64,000 nucleotides of DNA from NCBI RefSeq assembly GCF_018350175.1, contig NC_058368.1, forward strand, positions 112,532,001-112,596,000, given 5' to 3'. The DNA comes from Felis catus. Its lineage: Eukaryota. The notes under the pieces were generated by a model, which was given only the letters and a program-made list of their open reading frames with translations, did not search any database and was not told where the DNA came from. Positions within the stretch are counted from its first letter, which is position 1, and every line of letters starts with the position of its first letter. A program made the translations under genes and the position numbers. Positions 13,171 through 26,580 of the stretch are shown here, piece after piece.

Positions 13171-14507
13171 AAAATAATTTCTAAATAAGTAGTGTGTAAA
13201 AATAATATAGAGAAGTCACTGATTTTAGCTCTGCCTCTAAAAAAAAGAAGGAAAGGAATCCTTACTAGATTGAATTCTTAAATAGTTATTTCACTAAGTC
13301 TTTCAGATTGCTAGCCAGCTAAACATAGAAATTCTTACTGTCTAATGCCCTGCTCTCCCGTGGCAGCTGTCCCATCATTCTGTGAGGGAACAGCAGTTGG
13401 TAATACACTGTCGAGCAAAACAGTTGTAATCAGATGTTAACTGTGTAATTACAACACTGATTCAGTACAAAGAAAAGAGACAAAAAAACAGTACAAATGC
13501 TGACTTATATAGCCTCTGATTCCTCAGGTACATCTCTACTATGACCTAGTTAACTTAAAAACAGATTGATTTTATTGCTGCTGAATAATGTCAGAGTCAA
13601 AGTGAGATTGTTGGAAGTAAAATTGCGCTGACAAATACGGGAAAGTTGTAAAAGAGATAAACTGGTACTTCCAGTAGGAGTTTAAAGAAATGAGGTTTGT
13701 TTTGATTTCCTATAGGGAAAGGTAGACATTTCTACGTGATTGGTCATTTGGGTCTCTAAAGAAAGTGAATGTTTGAATAAAGTTCATCTCTTTAAAAATA
13801 CGTCTCTTAAAATACTTAGGCTTTGTTGGATGTATTTTCATTATGATCATGTTTAGAAAACTGATTTTGAATGGAAGATTTCTGCCTAGGAAATGTGACT
13901 GTTTTCACTAGGGAAAACTTTACTGAAGAACCTAAAATGTGTTATCTCTCAAACTAAGAAAAATGAAATGTTCAAAATTGAAAACATAGAGCCTTTCAAG
14001 GCATCTTCATAGTTGACCTCAAGGTCTTTCTCTAATCTCAGCTCCTAGTTCAATGTTTGGGGCACCTGTCTGTGCCTTCCTGTCTCCCTCTTGGAGTCTC
14101 CCCATCTCCTCCTCTACTATCTCTGCCCCTGACACCCCTCATTCTGTAAGGTCCCATCAGGTATTGTCTTTCCCATAGTGTGTTGTTTGATCCCTTGCTA
14201 GCTGGAAGTGCTCACCTCTTTGAATTCTCACTGCATTAAATTCTCTCTATTATTATTGTTTTTAAACATGCCTTCTCTCCTATTGAACAGGAGTGGTGTC
14301 TTCTCTGTGTTTTCTGTTTTCCAGAGTTCTTTATACAGGCCTAAATCCTTAAAGAGTTTTTGGTTTAGTTATTATGTAAATACACATTCAAGGTTCTACA
14401 GAGCAGCCCTTCCTGAAAGTGAATTGTTTTAATAGGCTTATAATTGTACTGAATCCTTTCTATCTACCGTTTAATGTGTATGGGATGTTTGCTTTAGTTA
14501 TTGCTGA

Positions 14508-14804
<297 letters not shown>

Positions 14805-14989
14805 TGATACAAAAAAATTACTCCTCGAGAATCAACAGTTGTTTTTATACTACTGGCCCTCTGGGTGAACTGTTGCATGCTAAGAGGTAGCTATTTTTGA
14901 CTATATCCTTTGCTAATTGTTTGATATCCAGAAGAGTTTTAGATTTTATTTTGCCATGGACCATAGGTTTTTTAAAAAGGAGAGTTGCT

Positions 14990-16450
14990 GTATTTTTCAT
15001 AGTAATAGAACAAATTTAGAATTTGTATAGAACCATAAAAGACCCTAGAATAACCAATGCAATCTTGAGAATGACTAAAGTTGGAGGCATCACACTCCCT
15101 GATTTCAAAGAGCTACAGTAATATTTTAAACAATTTTTGAAAAATTGAAGTATAATTAACATACAGTTTTAAAGATATCATAATTAAAGCAGTGTGGTGT
15201 TGGTATAAAAACAGACACATAGATTACTGGAGCAGGAGAGAGAGCCTGGACATAAACCCACACTTAGGTGGGGGGTTAGTTTACGACAAAGAAGCTAAGA
15301 GTGTACAGTGGGGAAAGGACAGTCTCTTCAAGTAATGATGTTGGGAAAACTGGACAGCCACATGCGAAAGAATGAAGCTGGACCACTAACTGATACGATA
15401 CACAAAAACTAACTCAAAGTGGATTAAAGACTTGAACCTAAGACCTTAATCCATAAAACTCCTAGAAGAAAACATAGGCAGGAAGCTCCTTGACAGTGGT
15501 TAGTGCTGGCTTTTGGACTGACACCAAAAGCAAAGGCAATAAAAGCAAAAAGAAACAGTGGGATGACCTCAAACAAAAAAGCTTCTGCACAGCAAAGCAA
15601 ACCATTAATAAAATGAAAAGGCAGCCAACCGAGTGAGAGAAAATATTTGCAAATCATCTATCTGATGAGGAACTAATCTCCAAAATATATAAAGAATTCC
15701 TACAAATCAATAGCACAGAAACAAACATTCCAATTAGTAAATGGGCAGTGGACCTGAATAGACATTCTTCCCGAGAAGACATGTACGTGACCACCACCAC
15801 ATATGCTCTACATCATTAATCTTCAGGGAAATACAAAACCAAAATGTGTCATCTATCACCTTATACCTGTTAGAGTGGCTGCTATCAAAAAGACTAGAAA
15901 TAACAAGTGTTGGCGAGGATGTGGAGGAAAGGGAATCCTCATGCACTGTTGGTGCAGATTGGTGCAGTCACTGTGAGAAACAGTATGGAGTTTCCTCAAA
16001 AAATTAAAAATAGAAGTGCCAGATAATCTGTTAATTCCATTTCTCAGTACTTACCTGCAGGAAACAAAAACACCAGCTTGAAAACACGCACCCCTGTGTT
16101 CATTGTAGCATTATTTATGATAGTCGAGACATGAAAGCAACCTGCGTGTCCACCGAGGGATGAATGGATAAAGAACTGGTGGTGTATTCAGCCATAAAAG
16201 AATGAAATCTTGTCATTTATGACAACATGGCTGGACTTTGAGGCTATTACGCTAAGTAAAGTAAGTTAGGGAAAGACAAATATCTTAAGATTTTTCTTAT
16301 ATGTGCAATCTGAAAAACAACAACAACAAAACACCAAGATCATAGATACTAAGAACAGGTTGGTATTTGGCAGAGACAAGGGGTAGGAGAAATGGATGAA
16401 CTGGTTTTGTTTTTTTTTAGTTTGAATAAATTGAATGTTTTTTAAAAAAG
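14990..16450 (+). mobile_element. L1 (ORF2 3' part and 3' UTR), decayed
   Basis: ggaggcatcacactccctgatttcaaa; ggaaaggacagtctcttcaa; gggaaaactggacagccacatg; gatgaatggataaag. Confidence 0.9.
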
Positions 16451-16495
16451 CAAACACAGTTTTGGGGAGATGATCCTTTAAGAATAATGAAACAA

Positions 16496-16720
16496 GGGGC
16501 ACCTGGTGGCTCAGTCGGTTAAGCGTCCGACTTCGGCTCGGGTCATGATCTCACGGTTCTTGAGTTCGAGCCCTGCGTCGGGCTCTGTGCTGACAGCTCG
16601 GAGCCTGGAATTGCTTCGGATTCTGTGTCTCCCTCTCTCTTTGCCCCTCCCCTCCTCATGCTCTGTCTCTCTCTGTCTCAAAAATGAATACAACATTAAT
16701 AAAAATTTAAAAAAAAAAAA
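16496..16720 (+). mobile_element. CAN-SINE (SINEC_Fc)
   Basis: Head, CT tract and poly(A); TSD AAGAATAATGAAACAA. Confidence 0.93.
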
Positions 16721-17274
16721 AGAATAATGAAACAAAAATCACTTTCTCCTTTCATCCTACATTCTGTCTCTCACTGCTTGATTTTTGTATATAGTGTGTA
16801 TCACAGTCCAACATAATATAGATGATCTTATATTCTGCCCTTCCCTCCTCTCCCTATCTTGACTACAAACTCCATGAAAAGGGGGTAATTAGCCTCTTTT
16901 GTTTACTGCTTCATCCCCAGAGCCTGCATCAGAGCCTGGTATATGATAGACCCTCAGTAAATATTTATTAAATGAATGGATGAAATTATAGAAATATATA
17001 TGTACAACTAACTACACTGAGTGGCTGCCACTGTGACTTCAGAGTGAAGCCAAATGCTGCTAAGTTGAAAGGTTTCATAGGGGGTCCTATACACGTTAAA
17101 GGCAGAGTATTCTAATAGGTTATCAACGTTCTGAAGACAGACAAAGACTGTGTTCGATGACTGTGAAGTAAAGTAGGTAATCTGGAAAAATAGAAATGTT
17201 TAATTATCACTGGATCATTTATTGGATCAAACAACTAAATTCTGTATTACCAGGAATTAAAAATAGAAGTTCTA

Positions 17275-17500
17275 GGGGCGCCTGGGTGGCTCAGGTGGTT
17301 AAGTGACCAGCTTCGGCTCAGGTCGTGATCTTGCGGTTCATGAGTTCGAGCCCCAGATTGGGCTCTGTGCTGACAGCTCAGAGCCTGGATCCTGCTTCGA
17401 GTTCTGTGTCTCCCTCTCTCTCTGCCCTTCTCCTGTGTGTGCATGCTTGTTCTCTCTCTCTCTCTCTCTCTCTCTCTGAAAGAAACATTAAAAAATAATA
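17275..17500 (+). mobile_element. CAN-SINE
   Basis: ggggcgcctgggtggctcag head, CT tract, A tail; imperfect TSD ending aagttcta. Confidence 0.9.
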
Positions 17501-18472
17501 AAAGTTCTACCAAAATATGGAAGTAGCCATATTTGACTTAAATATTTTCATGTAATTTATGATATGAAGTGCCATTTATTGAGTGCCTTTTGTGTAACTG
17601 GTACTATGATGAAAGATAGTGTATTACATTTAATTCAGAACAACAATGTGAGATAGTGTTCCTGTTATTATAGGTGGAGAAAGAAGTTGATATTCGCTGT
17701 AAGAGTTTAAGGACCTTGCCTAAGGTTTAAGACCTAGGTTTCTCTGACTCTGAAGTCTTTGCTTTTTTAACTTTATTGATTGTCACGTTATCATAGACTT
17801 TGGAAGGTTAAAATGCACTCCAGTTATCTTTAATTAGGTCTGATGAACTGGTTTGCCTGGAGAAAGATCATAAGTCGATTTTATAAAGTTCCCAAATTTT
17901 GTTAATGGCGTGTCCCATATGGACGCATTGTTTTCTCACTTTGAATGCCTACTCTTGCAGATGGAGCCATAGGGAAGTATATTATTTCTGGTTTCTCTAC
18001 TGCAGTGAAATATCAGTTGATGCAGTTATTTATTTTTTGTCTTTCTAAAAGGAATTAAGTGTCAGCTGTTTAACTTGCTGTTAGGTATTTGTTTAAAAAC
18101 TAATTTTCGTACTTTGTTCTAAATTCAGTCTGATTGCAGTTCTTTCTCAAAATATATTTTGTACAAACCTTCGGGTGAGAGACAAATTATATTCAGTATT
18201 TATAGCTACCAAGACAAAGATATAACTAGTTTTTGCAATGATTGTCAACTGTGAGTGTTGGAACTCAAAAGATTTTCTAGTTAACATTCAGTTTCCTAAG
18301 AGAATTACCTAGTCATTTAGTTAGACATGACAGCCATTTTAGGATGTTGCAAAAGAATTAGGTGTTTTGCTGCTGTTTGTGTTGGTACATTTTGTATGAC
18401 CACTGTATTTTCCAGTGTTCATTAACAATACACAGTATGTGATGATCTTGATAATTTGAAAGTGTCTCTCTA

Positions 18473-18603
18473 GGGGTGCTTGGGTGGCTGAGTTGGGTAA
18501 GTGTCTGACTCTTGATTCAGGCTCAGGTCATGATGTCACAGTTGTGAGATGGAGCTCCGTGTCAGGCTCTATGCTGAACGTGGATCCTGCTTGGGATATT
18601 CTC

Positions 18604-18650
<47 letters not shown>

Positions 18651-18698
18651 CTCTCTCTGCCTCTCTCTCTCTCTCTCTCTACCTCTCTCTCTCTCTGC

Positions 18699-18731
<33 letters not shown>

Positions 18732-18821
18732 TCTTCCCCTCCCTCCCGGCCCTTCCCTGCTCGCACACACTCTCTCTTACACTCTCAAAATAAATAAACA
18801 TTTTAAGAAAAATAAAAAATA
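18473..18821 (+). mobile_element. CAN-SINE with expanded (CT)n tract
   Basis: Diverged head; ~135 bp CT-rich tract 18601-18735; TSD AAAGTGTCTCT. Confidence 0.9.
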
Positions 18822-19100
18822 AAAGTGTCTCTGTGGGTATGTACTCAAACTAGGATAATCTGCATCCTTCAGATTGGTTTGTAATAGTTGTAGTTTCTCC
18901 AAGCATACAATTCTGAGCACGTAAGGACAAAATTCTTGATCTTGAATTCTATTTTAGGGAATTTTAGCACTGATCTTACTCTCTTGGATTGGACCAAATA
19001 CATGTGAACTTGTAACAGTTTTCAGTAGCTAATGGGTGTATTGTCTTTTCTCATTTTCTCATGCCCTAAGATAGCGTCCTACATTTTTGTTTGTCTGTAA

Positions 19101-19463
<363 letters not shown>

Positions 19464-20441
19464 TAGAAGTGTACGATGCAGTGATTTTTAGTAATATGCA
19501 TAAAGTTTGGCACCATCATCACAATCTGCTTGTAGAACGTATTCATAAGCTTTTTAGAAGATCCCCTGTGCCTATTTGCAGTCTATCCCTGTTCCTTTTG
19601 TCAGCTCCAGAGACCCTCTAGACTGTTTTCTGTCTATATAGATTTACCTTTTCTGAACATTTCGTGTATGTTGAATCACATAATGTGTAGTCTTGTGCAT
19701 CTTGGCTTCTTTGATTTAGCATAATGTTTTCAAGGTTCTTTCACGTTGAACCACGTATCAGTAGTTTGTTCCTTTTTATTGCTGAATGATATTCCATGGT
19801 ACGGATGTACCACATTTTTTTTTATCCATTCATCAGTTGATGGACATTTGAATTATTTCTAGTTTTTGGCTCATATGAACAATACTGTTTGGAACGTTTG
19901 CATATAAGTCTTTGTATGGGCTTTGTTTTTATTTTTCTTGGATAAATGCCTAAGAATGGAATTTCTGACTCAATATGATAAATTTAACTATTTAAGAAAA
20001 CTGCCAATTTCTCCAAAGTGGCAGTATTGTTTCATATTCCTACCAGTAACATAGGAGGTTCCAGTTTCTCCACATGCTCTTGATACTTGTTATTGTCAGT
20101 TGTTTTATCTTTTTATCACCACTCTATCGATTTTAGTGCACGTGAAGTGGTGTCTCCTTGTTTTAATTTGCATTTCCATAATGAGTAATGATTGTTGAAC
20201 ATTCTTTATGTCCTTATTAGCCATTCATACATCTTTTTTCATGAAATACTTAAATCTTTTGCCCATTTTTTATTTGGGTTGTTTGTTTTACTGTTCACTT
20301 GTAAGAGTTCTTTATATATTCTGGATAGAATTCCTTTGTTAGATGTATGATTTGGAGGCATTTCCTGTCAGTCTGTGGGTTATTTTTGCGTTTTCTTAAT
20401 GCTTGTTTTTGGATTTTCTTTTGAGGCATGAAAATTTTTGA

Positions 20442-20876
20442 TTTTTTTTCTATACCTTTATTTATTTGCTTTTCAGTAAGTTTGAATCCTTGAGGGGTAC
20501 AGTATCACATGGATTCTGTGACCATTGGCTTTAGCAGGAAGATTGCTTTGGAATTTGGCACAAACCATGCCATTGTTTCCATGAGCATGAGTTACTTTTC
20601 CCCAGATCACTCTGGTTTCGTTCACTTTGCCACCAGGAGTCACTGTGACCTATGCCTTGTACGCATCAGCACATCTCTCTCCAGGGTAGAGTTCAGTTTC
20701 ATCTCGAACATAAACATTTTCAGTTTTAAGAAGAGCTTTGTGCTCCCTCTGGTCCTGGAGACCCCGCTTAGAGCCAGCAAAAATGGCCTTGGACCACAGC
20801 CTTCAGACATATTTGTCATTTTAGGAGTCCTGTTCCCAGCAGGCCTCCACAGGCTGCAAGATGGCAGAAGGAGCTG
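20442..20876 (-). pseudogene. Processed pseudogene of ribosomal protein L35a (RPL35A)
   Basis: Reverse strand reads [36 protein letters not shown]...[54 protein letters not shown]. Intronless, with 5' UTR, AATAAA and short poly(A). Frameshift after the ATG (20810) and premature TAG at 20650-20652. Confidence 0.95.
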
Positions 20877-21908
20877 TTTTTAATTTTGACACAGTCCAGT
20901 TTGTCAGTTCTTTCTTTCTTGATCATGCTTGTGGTGCTGCATTTAGAAAATCTTTGTCTATCCCAAAGTTGTGAAAATAGTTTCTGTTTCGTCTTTTTCT
21001 AGGAATTTTATAGCCTTAACTTTTACATTTAGGTCTGTGATTCATTTTGAGGTAAACTTTTTGTATGGTAAAGATCTAAATTCCTCTCTGTGCATGTAGA
21101 TATCCAGTTGGGTGTAGCCCTATTTTGTTGAAAGGTATCTACGATTTCTCCAACAAATTGCCTTGGCATGTTTTTCAGAAATCAATTGACCATATATATA
21201 AGAGTTTGTTACAGGACTCTCAACTCATTCATTGATTTGTATATCTATACCTCATAGTCTAGGATACTTACTAAAGCTTCATAGTAAATTTTGAAAGCGA
21301 GAAGTGTTTTCTTGAAATTTGAAATTTGAAAGTGAGAAGAATTTTTTCTTTTTCAAAATCGTTTAGCACTTCTGCATTCTTTGCATTTCCGTATCATTTT
21401 GGTATCAGTGTGTAAATTTTTGCCTCCCCAAAATTCCTTCCTTGGATTTTGATAGAGATCATGTTGAATCTCTGAATCAGTTTGAGAGGTTTGCCATCGT
21501 CTTCCAGTGCACAGATGTGATATGTCTTCCCATTTATTTACATCTTCCAGTTTTCAGTATTGTTTTACTTTTGCTTTTCTTTATAGATGCATTCCTGAGG
21601 GAATGGAATTTCTTTAGAACTTCATATTTGGTTTCTTCTTAATTAAATACATTGAAATACAATTGATTTTCATATATTCATCTTGTAACCTGTAACCTTG
21701 CTGAACTCATTTATTCTAGTAGGGTTTTTTTGTGTGTATGCGAATTCCTTAGGGTCTTATGAATACAGGAACAGCATTATATTTTTCCTATCCAATGTGG
21801 ATGCCTTTTAATCTCTCTCTTATTAGTATTATTAGAGGGCATATATGAAAACCTACAGCTGTCACCATCTTTAATGGTAAAACACTAGATTACTTTCCCC
21901 ATACAATT

Positions 21909-21917
21909 GAAGATGTG

Positions 21918-21948
<31 letters not shown>

Positions 21949-22380
21949 GCACACACACACACATTTATGTTTATGAATATATTTATGAATATATTACTCA
22001 GCCATCAAAAAGAATGAAAATTTGCCGTTTCCAACAATGTGGATGAAGCTAGAATGTATTATGCTAAGCGAAATAAGCAGAGAGAGACAAATATCATATG
22101 AGGTCACTCATGTGGAATTTAAGAAACAAAACAGATGAACATATGGGAAGGTGGGGGGGGGAGAAAAAAGGAAAACAAAGCACAAGAGACTCAACGATAG
22201 AGAACAAACAGGGTTGATGGAGGGAGGTGAGTGGGAGATGGGCTGGGTGGGTGACAGGTATTAAGGACGGCGCTTGTGATGAGCACTGGGTGTTGTATGT
22301 AAATGGTGAGTCACTGAATTCTTCTGAAATCAATATTGCACTGCATGTTATCTAACTAAAATTAAAAAAGAAAAAAAAAG
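21909..22380 (+). mobile_element. Carnivore L1 3' end with poly(A)
   Basis: tattactcagccatcaaaaagaatgaaa...tgatgagcactgggtgttgtatgtaa...A tail. Confidence 0.88.
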
Positions 22381-23650
22381 ACAAGGATGCCTGCTCTCAC
22401 CACTTGTACTTACCACTGTTCTGGCCGTAAACTACTAGGTCTCTTCTATTCCTAGTTTTCTGAGAATTTTTACCATGAATGGATGGTGGATTTTGTTAGA
22501 AGCTTTTTCCGCATCTGTCGAGATAATCAGATGAGGTTTTGTTCTTTTTTCTAACAGTAAGGTGTATTACATGAACTCGAAACCAATCTTTTATTCCTGG
22601 GATATTTCCATATGGTGTATAATTTTTTTTTTACATATTTCTAGATTAGATTTACTGATATTTTGTTGAGTGTTTTTACTTGTGTATTCATGAGGAAGGG
22701 ATGGTGGTATGTAGTTTTGTTGGGTTGTCTTTATTCAGCATTGATATCAGGGTAATAATGACATCATGGAATGAGTTGGTAACTGTTCCCTCCTATTTTT
22801 GGAAGAGTTTGTTTGTATTATTTCTTCTTTAAATATTTGATAGAATTTACCAGTGAAGATATTTGGGCTTGGACTTTTCTTTGGGGGGAAATTTAATTCC
22901 TGTTCAATTTCCTTGATTCTGTCATTCTATTCAGAGTCTCTGGGTTTTTTGTTTGTTTGTTTGTTTGAGTCAGTTTTGGTAATTTGTATCTTGCTAGGAG
23001 TTTGTCTACTTTGTCTAGATTGTCTAATTGTTGTCATAAAGTTTTTTGTGGTACACTTTTTAGTATTTCTCATTTCTGTGGGGGTTAGTGGTGATGTCTT
23101 CATTTCTGATTTTGGTAATTTGCGTCTTGTTCTTTTTTTCTTGGTTGGTTTTTAGCTAAAGGGTTGTTAATTTTGTTGATCTTTTGAAAGAACCAGCTTT
23201 TCTCTTTTTCAAGGATTTCCAGTCCAGTCTGTCTTATTTTCTTTATTCTGCTTACTCTAGCCTTAGTTTGCTTCTCTTTCTATAGTTTCTTAAGGTGAAA
23301 TCTTAGGTTATTGGTTTGAGTTGTTTCTTTTTTAGCATAGGAGTTCAAACCCATAACTTCTGATACGTTTTGTTTTCGGATGTATTCAGTTCACAATATT
23401 TTTAAATTTCCCTTGTGATTTCTTACTTTGACCCTTTGTTTATTTAGCAACATGTTCATCAGTTTCCATATATTTCAGGATTTCCTCAGTATTTTCTGTT
23501 GGTTCCTAATTTAATTCCATTGTGGGAATATAAAGCATTGAACCTAAATTGTATGAGTTCCGTTCTTTTTAAAACTTACTGAGAATTGTTTTATGCATGT
23601 TTTTGTACAGCCTATGACCTAAGAATGGTTTTTAGATTATTAAAGAGTCG

Positions 23651-23870
23651 TTGAGGTGCCTGGATGGCTCAGTCGGTTACACGTCCGATTTCGGCTCAGG
23701 TCATGATCTCACGGTTCGTGAGTTTAAGCCCTGCGTCGGGCTCTGTGCTGACAGCTCAGAGCCTGGAGCCTGCTTCAGATTCTGTGTCTCCCTCTCTCTC
23801 TGCCCCTACCTAGCTTGTACTCTGTCTCTCTCTCAAAAATAAATAAACATTAAAAAAAATGAAAAAAAAA
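23651..23870 (+). mobile_element. CAN-SINE
   Basis: Head, CT tract, poly(A); TSD AAAGAGT(C/T)GTT. Confidence 0.9.
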
Positions 23871-25779
23871 AAGAGTTGTTAAAGATGAATACGTGACAAA
23901 GATAGTCTGTAGCTTTCAAAATCTAAAATATTTGCATCTCACTTGGTCATGGAATTTAATCCTTCTTGTGTCTTGCTGGATTTAGCGGGCAGAAAAGGTT
24001 TGCCAGCTTCTGGCAGAGCAGTGGTCTATTTTAGAGACTAATTCCATGTGTTTGTGGGAAAAAAACTGTTTATTTTGATACTGTAGGATGTCTTAAGATC
24101 TGTGGATTTTAGTTACATCAAGTTAGTAGTGTTGTTCAGGTCCTCTGTATCCTTGCTTATTTTCTTTCTAATTGTTCTATCAGTGATTGAGAGTGTGAGA
24201 TGGCAGGTTGGGGCATCTCCAACTATTGCTGTTGAATCCTTTATTTCTACTTCCATTCCTGTTGGTTTTTGCTTCATATACTTTGAGGGCTCTGTTGGTA
24301 AAGTGAGCAATTTGGTATCCTTAAGTATATGCACAGTGTTGTGCAACCATCACTACTATCCATTTCCAGAACTTTCCATCATCTCAAACAGAACTCTTCC
24401 TATTAAACAGTAACTGCCCATCCCTCCTCCACTTAGCTCCTTGGTAGCTGCCATTCTACTTTCTGTCTCTGAATTGGCCTAAGTGGAATCATACAATATT
24501 TGTCTTTTTGTGGCTGACTTCTTTCACTTAGCCTAATCTTTTCAAGGTTTATCCATGTTATAGCATGTGTCAGAATCTCATGTCTTTAAAGACTGAATGT
24601 GTTCTCTCGTATGCACATTATTATATGCACTTCTGTGCCACATTTTGTTAATCCATTTATCGGTTGATGGACATTTGGGTTGTTTCTACCTTTTGGTAGA
24701 ATAGTGAATAATGCCACTATGAATATTGTTGTCTAGGTATTTATTCGACTCTCTGCTTTTAATTCATTTGGATCCTATCCCTGGGAGTAAAATGACTGGA
24801 TTTTGTGGTGATTCTGTTTAACTTTTTGAGGAACTGCCAAACTTTTTTTCCACAGCGGCTGTACCATTTACATTTCCCCTAGCAGGGCATTAGAGTTCTC
24901 ATTTCTCTACATTCTTGCCAACTCTTGTTATTTTCCGTGTTTCTTGTTTTGTTTCATTTTTGTTTTTTTATATAATGGCTATCCTAATGGGTGTGAAGTG
25001 GTATCTCATTGTCTGTCTAAAGTCACTGTGTTTTGAGACATTAAACTCCTTAGTATATGACCAGTTAGAAGAAGTAAGGTACTGCCATTTTACACATTTC
25101 TTAAAAGGATGGTGTTTTTGTGTACTTTGCATGTGTTTGTGATGATACCATATGGGTGTATGTCACATGTGTTTTCCCAGGACCCCCGCATTTCTCAAAA
25201 TAAATTTCAGGCCTCCCTAGTAGTTTTGTTAATGTGTGAATAATTTCTTTGCTTTTTCAAGGTCTAGAATTTATCTAGGAATTTTGTCATACTAATTTTC
25301 TTGTAATTCATAGAATCTCCCTTCATTTGGATCAAAATGTCTCAGACATGAATTTCTGGATGTGAATTCTTGCACCTCCCCTTATTCACTTTGCAGCCTA
25401 AGATGGCTTTTTAAATCTCTCAGCTTCCCTTTCTCCATTTGTAAATTAAACAGAGAGAATGTCTGCACAGGAATTGTTAGTTGTTGATTGGATTAGATGC
25501 TCTGTGTAATGACCATGGCATACCGCGTCAGGAAATACCCAGTGAATGGTGTTCTCATCCTCCTTGAAAATACGGAGAGGATTTACTTCACCTGTCATCT
25601 TCCTTTTCCTCTTTCTCCTGAGTGTGCAGAGGGCGGAGTGCAGTTTCCTGCTGTTGTGTGTGAGACACTCCTTGCTGTACTGTTTGCCTCGGCCTAACAG
25701 CTTAGTCCCTTTAGAGGAACTTGGCACTCAAGTCTTCTTGCCCTCCTTAGATATCTTTTTTCACCGAAGTTTCCTGTCA

Positions 25780-26480
25780 TTTCAGTCCTATTTTGTGTTT
25801 TTTCTTTGACAGATAGGTGACAGAAGGGAACTCAGAGTTAAACTGTAGCACCTTGAATTGCCAGTTGACAGTGTGTCCCTTGCCTTGAGCAGAGACAAAG
25901 CTCTTCATTCTCTTCTTTTTTTCCAAACCAAAATTGTCTTTTTAGTTGTGCTTAGCATTTTTTCTCTGCAAGCTTCTGCTTGGCTCTGGCTTTCCTGATA
26001 CTATTCTTAAAACTGCCTGAAACTCATTTGTTTGCGTCTGGTTATGGGCCCCTCCCTGTTCCATCTTTTGTATAAACTTCTTTAAATTCTGACCTCTTAG
26101 GGCTTCTCTTTATGGGTCCACATTGGTTTATTTTTCTCTGGTCCTGCTTATCTGAATTCTTTGCAGTTGAATAACCAGTGCTGAGTTTATAAAAGTTAAC
26201 CAATTCTTTTGCATAGTCTGCCTCGGCCACATAGCCGCTCTTAGGGGTTTTTGGACATTTTTTTATGTCTGTCTTTTTTGAAAGAAAACTTGAGGGTTCA
26301 TCACTTATCTTCCTCATTTCAGCCTCAAGAAAGAAACCCTGTGAGCATTGGAAGAAGAGTTTCATGTGTCCCTCCCGTCCATTGCATCCATTAGGAATTG
26401 TTGACTTTCACAACAATAAGATTTTGGCCGATAGTTGATGTATAAATCTTTTTCCATAGGCAGTTCTGGCCTTTAACATT
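25780..26480 (-). mobile_element. Ancient CR1/L3 LINE ORF2 remnant
   Basis: Minus-strand peptides in the expected order: YKRWNREGPIT, SIRKARAKQKLA, KNAKHN*K, FNSEFPSV, resembling CR1 ORF2 YKKWK..IRKAKA..LA..KDNKK..LNSYFASV. Confidence 0.6.
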
Positions 26481-26531
26481 AGTATGTATACCACCTTTTA
26501 CCAAAGTTAATGCTCACTTAGTTGTGTGTGT

Positions 26532-26579
<48 letters not shown>

Positions 26580-26580
<1 letters not shown>

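Noticed and set aside
18484..18822. ORFs rich in LS/ER dipeptides here and at other SINEs
   Set aside because: Translations of CAN-SINE (CT)n tracts.
20509..20883. 124-aa plus-strand ORF
   Set aside because: It is the antisense frame of the RPL35A pseudogene.
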